64,000 nt of DNA. Source: Selaginella moellendorffii. Its lineage: Eukaryota > Plantae > Lycopodiophyta. The stretch covers positions 1,227,690-1,291,689 of the forward strand of contig NW_003314318.1 in NCBI RefSeq assembly GCF_000143415.4. Direction: 5' to 3'. The notes under the pieces are model-generated. The model was given only the letters and a program-made list of their open reading frames with translations, was not told the DNA's origin and ran no database searches. This document shows positions 62,600-64,000 of this stretch, in pieces (the stretch's first letter is position 1; each line of letters begins with the position of its first letter). A program made the translations under genes and the position numbers.

Positions 62600-63710
62600 T
62601 GCATATTATAACACTTGCTAGTAAGTTGAAAAAGTTGGATAAAGCTAAGCGAAAATGGCCTACTCACGAGAAGAAATTATTTGTGGTGGCCAAGGTGCTC
62701 AAGGAGTGGTAACACTACCTTATGAGGCATTTCAAAGTTTACACGGATAATGTCTTAATGAAACACTTCTAGTCACAACTCGACTTAAAAGGAAAACAAA
62801 GTTGGTAGGCCAATGCTTTGGCTAAGTTCAATTGTGAGATTTTGTATAAACCTAGGAAGAGCAACATCGTGGCAGATGTTCTAAGTTGAAAGGCAAGCTT
62901 AAAGTTAACAATGTCTAGCATAACAACAACCTATTGAGATAATGTGTGGACAGCATCTCTGATACCAAATGTAGCGCACGTGGTTTTGACTCTTTATCCT
63001 ATGGTGATTTACCATAGGATAACACCACGAAGCGGAACCTAAACCCTCTTTGTGCCACGTGACAGATGCCACGTGTCACATGCCACGTGTCCAAAGGAAC
63101 CCGAGGTTCAGGGCCTTGGGCCACTGAACGAAAGAACGGTGCCAAACTCCCAAGCATGGATATAAGAACGATGGTCTAGCACAAGAAGTGTTGCTAAGGC
63201 ACCTAGAGGTGTAGGATGCTCACCAAAGAGGTGAGTTGCTGACTGAAGAGAAAACAGATTATGCGGAACGCAATGGACTTATCTATTATAAACAAACGAG
63301 GGTGTATGTTCCATAAGGGGAACTAAGGAAGGTAACTTTAGAAGAGTGTTATGATGGACCTCTTGCAGAACACGGCAAAGTGCCCAAGATGATGGGCTTA
63401 CTCAAAAGGAAGTATCACTAGCCAGTCATGGTTAAGGACATTTAAGATTATGTAAAGACATATCCAACATGTCAGCAAGTCAAAGCTGTGACTAAGGCTA
63501 GTGGGGGCTTGTTACAAAACATCCCGATTCCAAATCATTTGTGGAAATGTCTTACGATAGACTTTATCATAGAATTCCCTCCAAGTGAGAGGTTTGATGC
63601 GATATTCGTGGTGGTGGACCAATTTTCAAAGATGGCACATTGCATACCCACCACAATGAAAGTGCAGAAAGTGTAGCAAAAATTGTTTTTTGAACAAGTG
63701 GTTTAGGTGT
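62600..63710 (+). mobile_element. Decayed Ty3/gypsy pol (RNase H + integrase)
   Basis: WPTHEKKLFVV..EW*HYL..FKVYTDN, ILYKPRKSNIVADVLS, DYVKTYPTCQQVK..GLLQNIPIP..WKCLTIDFI..AIFVVVDQFSKMAHCIP. Multiple stops. Confidence 0.85.
62957..63158 (-). mobile_element. LTR 3' end plus tRNA-iMet primer binding site nested in the gypsy pol
   Basis: The minus strand reads ...GCGCTACA-TT-TGGTATCAGAG. The LTR part matches 56180-56384. Confidence 0.85.
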
Positions 63711-64000
63711 GAGGAAGTGTGGTCTACCTTGGTTGAAACTTCACAATGCCTAGCCTTCAATTCCTCCAGATACTTCTCCTATGACAAGAAAGAGATGTAA
63801 ATATTTAGAAAGAAAAGGATGTAAAAGATGTACAAGCGATGCTCTTCTTCCATTTATTGCTTGCGCTCTCTTTGCAGGGACTCTTCTTAACATCTTTGCC
63901 TTGCTCGAATATGTCCCTCAACTGCACGATCTTGATTTTTCTAGTGGTGCTGTTGTTTTCAAAAATTTATTATCCACACACACACACACACACACATACA

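Overview
Eukaryotic plant nuclear DNA. Very short (about 50-70 nt) introns and extreme gene packing point to a compact genome, most consistent with a lycophyte such as Selaginella (inference). The window has four parts. (1) About 0.7-6.5 kb is a deletion-riddled mosaic of intron-containing fragments: DRP1, PARP3, ALDH2, RPB3, STIG1, ARV1, ispD. Six of these seven are copies of intact genes later in the window, inverted and in circularly permuted order. (2) 7-25 kb and 30-35 kb are dense with intact genes: TPT, GT17 GlcNAc-transferase, tRNA-Trp, PARP3, DRP1, BUD23, a small unknown gene, ispD/MCT, ARV1, STIG1-like, HHP/PAQR, a stand-alone chromodomain ORF, RPB3 and a long SPL. Some neighbours are only 26-48 bp apart. 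(3) 25-29 kb is an AT-rich decayed hAT region that carries a decayed copy of the SPL SBP exon. (4) 35-64 kb is repeat-rich, with a clean solo LTR, Ty3/gypsy and hAT remnants, minisatellites, a cytokinin-receptor pseudogene, two assembly gaps, and one intact, very AT-rich intronless ORF (signal peptide + unknown domain + bulb-type lectin). Multi-exon CDS coordinates are start-to-stop spans read by eye; no database searches were run.
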